Origin: a bacterium
Lineage (GTDB): Bacteria > SZUA-182 > DTGQ01 > JAFGSM01
DNA length: 13,077 bases
Direction of reading: 5' to 3'
Assembly (NCBI GenBank): GCA_049472355.1
Contig: JBLIRP010000097.1
Location: 1 to 13,077, forward strand
Shown here: positions 8,751 to 13,077 of the stretch, piece by piece
Position numbering within the stretch: position 1 is the first letter of the stretch
Layout of the letters: each line of letters starts with the position of its first letter
The notes under the pieces: generated by a model
What the model was told of the DNA's origin: nothing
Seen by the model: the letters and a program-made list of their open reading frames with translations, nothing else
The model's database searches: none
Made by a program: the position numbers and the translations under genes

Positions 8751-8850
8751 CGTTCACTCCCTAATCCAAACGCGCTATTGTCATGGTGAATACCCCGGAT
8801 GCACTGCAATGCGCGAGGCACGAACATGTATCGTCCGGATGCACCCGTCC

Positions 8851-9945
<1,095 letters not shown>

Positions 9946-9995
9946 TGCAATCATAACGCACACAGAAATCCCAATCCTGACATTGCCCAATGAAA

Positions 9996-10724
9996 CTACA
10001 CCGCGCGGGCAAGGGTCCAGACCTCAACACGGCGCGCCCCGGCCTTCTTGAGCACGCGGGCGCATTCATTCACTGTTGCACCGGTGGTGAAGACATCATC
10101 CACCAGGATGACCCCCCTCCCCCGTATCCCCTCATCATTGCGCACCCCGAATGCCCCACGGACATTCTTCCACCGGTCCTCAGGAGGCAAACCGACCTGG
10201 GGCGTGGAGCCGCCCCTTCTCTCAAGAAGCAACGGACGTAAGGGGAGCCGGAATGCCGCGGACAGGGATTTTGCCAGCATGAGGGACTGATTGAATTCCC
10301 GCTCCCTCAAACGTCTTACACTGAGAGGCACCGGCACGAGAACGCCGTCCCCGCACCCATCTCCCAAGTGATTGCACACCCTCGCCATTTCCTTACCAAG
10401 CCAGGTCCCGATCCTGGTATGTCCCTGGTATTTCAGGAGGTGAATCGCGTCCCTTACCGGGCCCTCGAAGATATATCCGGACCGGGCGCGGTCAAATGCC
10501 CACGACCTCTGCCTGCATGCCTGGCAACGGTACGCGGATGCATCACCTCCCTGCTGAGCGAAGGCGACCGGAATCCCGCACCGGATACACACGGGCCCCG
10601 CAATAGGCCGCGCCTTCGCCCAACAGGTCGGGCATATGGGGCCCCGTGCAACCGCCCTTCCGCACAGGGGACACAGGGGAGGGAACACGAGATCCAGTAT
10701 GTGGGAGAACAAGGGGGCACGCAC
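9996..10724 (-). CDS. comF: ComF family protein (double zinc ribbon plus phosphoribosyltransferase-like domain)
   Basis: LDLVFPPLCPLC, four CxxC pairs, LLKYQG, LVPVPL..RRLREREFNQS, NVRGAF and ILVDDVFTTGATVNECARVL. Confidence 0.93.
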   Translation of the reverse strand: MRAPLFSHILDLVFPPLCPLCGRAVARGPICPTCWAKARPIAGPVCIRCGIPVAFAQQGGDASAYRCQACRQRSWAFDRARSGYIFEGPVRDAIHLLKYQGHTRIGTWLGKEMARVCNHLGDGCGDGVLVPVPLSVRRLREREFNQSLMLAKSLSAAFRLPLRPLLLERRGGSTPQVGLPPEDRWKNVRGAFGVRNDEGIRGRGVILVDDVFTTGATVNECARVLKKAGARRVEVWTLARAV

Positions 10725-10727
10725 TGC

Positions 10728-11939
10728 TCATGCGCCGAACTTATTCAGCTTTAAAGAATTTGCCAGGATCAACGGCATGATCTCCACTGCGCACAATCGC
10801 CCCAGGCCGCCATGGATACATTCCGATTCCGAAAAGTGCTTCACCCTGTCGGGTCTGCACCAGCGTGAGTACAGGAGGACCGGATTGGGGTGCCAGCTAT
10901 GCGAGGTCAGGACCGCAGGGGTGGAGTGATCCCCGGTGACCGCCACCACATCGGGATTAAGACTCATCATCTGTGGAATGAAGGAATCCACCTGCTCAAT
11001 GATATGGACCTTCTGATCAAAATCCCCGTCCTCTCCGTAGGTATCCGTTTTTTTGATGTGGATGTAAAAAAAATCATATTCCGAGAACCGTCGTGACAGG
11101 GTGTCAAACTCTTCGGCGATGGAATCCCCGCATTCCAGGATGTCCATTCCTACCAGCCTCGCCACCCCCCGGTACATGGGATAGGTGGCGATGGCGGCCG
11201 CCTTCAATTTAAAGACCTCCCCCATGGAGGGAAGGGGATGGTACTGGGAAAATCCCCTCAGCAACACCATATTCCCCTGCTTTTCCCCGGAAAGGTGCTT
11301 CCTGCATTCAGCGATAAACCTGTTTGCCAGTTCCGCAGTCCGCCGGGCTTGCGGAGAATCCACGTGGCATGTCACCGGAAGGGCGGGGGCGCCCGTTTTC
11401 TGCGGATCGGAATCCGTTAAATCACCTGAGAGATCCGGACCCCGAAAGACCGCCATTGCCCTGTGCTCCTTGACCGTGCGGATGAATACCTTCACCCCCG
11501 GAATCGTGATCGTGTCGAGTCTTTTGCATAACTCCAGGTTCTTCTCCGTGTCAAGCCTGCCGGCACGACGATCGATCACCTTCCCCCCCTCGTCGATGGT
11601 GGCGAAATTTATTCGGGCTGCCACATCGGAGGGCTGGAGATCGAAACCAATACCCAGGGAGGAGAGGACCCCCCTGCCGATCTGATTTTGTAAGGGATCG
11701 TACCCGAAAAGGGCAAGATGGGCCGGACCGCTTCCCGGGGTGATCCCCTTCGCAATGGGGTAAGCCATCCCGGTGATGGCCTTGGCGGCAAGAGAATCCA
11801 GGTTCGGGCATGCCGCCGTCTCCAGCTCCGTGAGGCCGTCCGGCATCCTGGGGAGGCCTCCCAATCCATCAATGACCAACAGGACAATCTTGGAGTTCGA
11901 CTTCTGGCTGAGTTCCTTAAGAATATCTAAACCGACCAT
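10728..11939 (-). CDS. apgM: 2,3-bisphosphoglycerate-independent phosphoglycerate mutase, ApgM (archaeal-like) family
   Basis: Motifs KIVLLVIDGLGG, TPGSGPAHLALFGYDP, GRGVLSSLG, DRRAGR, HIKKTDTYGEDG and TGDHSTP...HSWHP. Strong GAGGAGGT SD. Confidence 0.93.
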   Translation of the reverse strand: MVGLDILKELSQKSNSKIVLLVIDGLGGLPRMPDGLTELETAACPNLDSLAAKAITGMAYPIAKGITPGSGPAHLALFGYDPLQNQIGRGVLSSLGIGFDLQPSDVAARINFATIDEGGKVIDRRAGRLDTEKNLELCKRLDTITIPGVKVFIRTVKEHRAMAVFRGPDLSGDLTDSDPQKTGAPALPVTCHVDSPQARRTAELANRFIAECRKHLSGEKQGNMVLLRGFSQYHPLPSMGEVFKLKAAAIATYPMYRGVARLVGMDILECGDSIAEEFDTLSRRFSEYDFFYIHIKKTDTYGEDGDFDQKVHIIEQVDSFIPQMMSLNPDVVAVTGDHSTPAVLTSHSWHPNPVLLYSRWCRPDRVKHFSESECIHGGLGRLCAVEIMPLILANSLKLNKFGA

Positions 11940-12029
11940 TGCTCAACCTCCTCATCCTTTTTATCCGTGGTATGTCCCCCCTCGATGCTACCGAACTACC
12001 GACTATTGCAACCCACTCCCCGCATGGGG

Positions 12030-12503
12030 TCATCCGTGGTGATAGGGCTCTCCCCGCATGATGGAAAATGCACGATAGAGCTGCTCCAGCAATATCAGGC
12101 GTACCATTTGATGGGTGAATGTCATGCGCGAGAGACTTATGCACATGCACGCCTCCTCAGTCAGTGTCGGGGCAATACCCTGATCACCCCCGATGACAAA
12201 ATCGATTTCCTGCCTCCCTTCCACCATGGAATACTCGAGCCATTGCGCAAACTCCCGTGAACTGTATTCCCTGCCCCCATCACCGAGGACGACCATCAGG
12301 GCCGAGGGATGGATATGGGAACGAATCCCTTCCGCCTCCTGACGCAATCCCTCTTCGACCGGGGCTGATTTTCTCCGCTGTGACGACCGAACCTCGATCC
12401 ATTCCACATGAACATAGTGCTTGAGTCGTGACAGGTACTCCTCAATCCCCTCCAAGAGATAGCCCTTTTTGGTTTTTCCTACGCAGATGACCTTTACCTT
12501 CAC
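12030..12503 (-). CDS. rlmH: 23S rRNA (pseudouridine1915-N3)-methyltransferase
   Basis: Motifs ICVGK, EEYLSRL, FVIGGDQG and SLSRMTFTHQMVRLILLEQLYRAFSIMRGEPYH. GTG start overlaps the rsfS stop. Confidence 0.97.
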   Translation of the reverse strand: MKVKVICVGKTKKGYLLEGIEEYLSRLKHYVHVEWIEVRSSQRRKSAPVEEGLRQEAEGIRSHIHPSALMVVLGDGGREYSSREFAQWLEYSMVEGRQEIDFVIGGDQGIAPTLTEEACMCISLSRMTFTHQMVRLILLEQLYRAFSIMRGEPYHHG

Positions 12504-12847
12504 CCATCCAAATCAACTTTGGGGGCATCTCCCCAAAGATGCTCCAAATCATAGTATTGTCTCATCTCTTTGGTAAATATATGGATGACCAGATCGGTGT
12601 AATCCATCAGTATCCAGTTTGAATCGGGGTATCCCTCCATATGGTCGAGTCGCAGGCCAAGCTTCCTCATTCGTTCCTCGATCTCCTGGGCAATCGCCTT
12701 GGCCTGACGATTGTTGGTCACCGAGCATATAACAAAGGAATCGGTTATTGACGAGATATTTCTGAGATCGAGGACGGCGATATCCTCCGCCTTTTTGCTG
12801 TCCGCCACTCGAGCGGCTTCACGAGCCATCCGGAGAATGGTATCCAT
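12500..12847 (-). CDS. rsfS: Ribosome silencing factor
   Basis: Motifs KKAEDIAVLDL, DSFVICS and WILMDYTDLVIHIF...RQYYDLEHLWGDA, next to rlmH as is common. ATG 12847 is preferred on SD spacing; GTG 12856 is possible. Confidence 0.97.
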   Translation of the reverse strand: MDTILRMAREAARVADSKKAEDIAVLDLRNISSITDSFVICSVTNNRQAKAIAQEIEERMRKLGLRLDHMEGYPDSNWILMDYTDLVIHIFTKEMRQYYDLEHLWGDAPKVDLDG

Positions 12848-12920
12848 TACTGACACGCCCTTTTACATTCATGCATCGATTCGCCCCCTTTACCTGGGGT
12901 CAGGTCTTGAATTATCAGTT

Positions 12921-12955
12921 TTTGTTCCGAAAATATCCTGTATTCATCTGAAAAT
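12921..12955. repeat. 35-bp direct repeat module X, copy 1
   Basis: TTTGTTCCGAAAATATCCTGTATTCATCTGAAAAT, 30/35 identical to 12999-13033. Confidence 0.85.
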
Positions 12956-12960
12956 ATAAC

Positions 12961-13001
12961 ATTTTGATTCTTCGTGGCGCCACAAAGTGGCATGAGGGTT
13001 T
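12961..13001. repeat. 41-bp hairpin-containing REP/MITE-like element, copy B
   Basis: ATTTTGATTCTTCGTGG-CGCCAC-AAA-GTGGCA-TGAGGGTTT. Same length and flanks as copy A; the stem sequence differs but still pairs at 5 of 6 positions. Confidence 0.75.
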
Positions 13002-13033
13002 GTCTCGAAAATATCCTATATTCACTTGAAAAT
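12999..13033. repeat. 35-bp direct repeat module X, copy 2
   Basis: TTTGTCTCGAAAATATCCTATATTCACTTGAAAAT, offset 78 bp from copy 1. Confidence 0.85.
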
Positions 13034-13045
13034 CCCCTTTGGGTC

Positions 13046-13077
13046 ATTTTCATGCTTCCTTGTGAGCCGAAGGCTCA
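13046..13077. repeat. 41-bp hairpin-containing REP/MITE-like element, copy C, truncated by the window end
   Basis: ATTTTCATGCTTCCTTG-TGAGCC-GAA-GGCTCA, 26/32 identical to copy A; 4 of the 6 differences are compensatory stem changes. Confidence 0.75.

Noticed and set aside
11983..12010. TTGCAA...TAGCAT possible promoter upstream of apgM
   Set aside because: The spacer is only 15 nt and both boxes are imperfect; too weak to call.
12847..13053. 68-aa minus-strand ORF with the repeated peptide FSxEYRIFS
   Set aside because: It consists largely of the DNA repeats (module X twice, element B, start of element C). The peptide repeat is just the translated nucleotide repeat and no domain is recognisable.
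12921..13077. Possible CRISPR array (35-bp repeats with a spacer of about 43 bp)
   Set aside because: Only two repeats, with 5 mismatches. The supposed spacers are homologous to each other and to 3560-3600, and no cas genes are in the window.

Overview
Bacterial chromosomal window. The gene set and order suggest a deltaproteobacteria/Nitrospirota-like organism, but that is inference only. All credible genes lie on the minus strand, reading right to left: rsfS, rlmH, apgM, comF-family gene, gap, pgk, tpiA, secG, a peptide/nickel ABC transporter (binding lipoprotein plus two permeases, no ATPase here), a divergent LipM/LplA-family protein, cdd, and a probably secreted hypothetical protein that runs off the left edge and is missing from the ORF track. 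The coding content is mostly housekeeping. The most interesting signal is non-coding: a 41-bp element in three copies (3560-3600, 12961-13001, 13046->13077) with conserved flanks and a central triloop hairpin showing compensatory base changes. One copy overlaps the start of the oppC-like gene and may supply its ribosome-binding site. The other two alternate with a second 35-bp repeat in a short composite array at the right edge. No CRISPR array, tRNA, rRNA or transposase gene was recognised.
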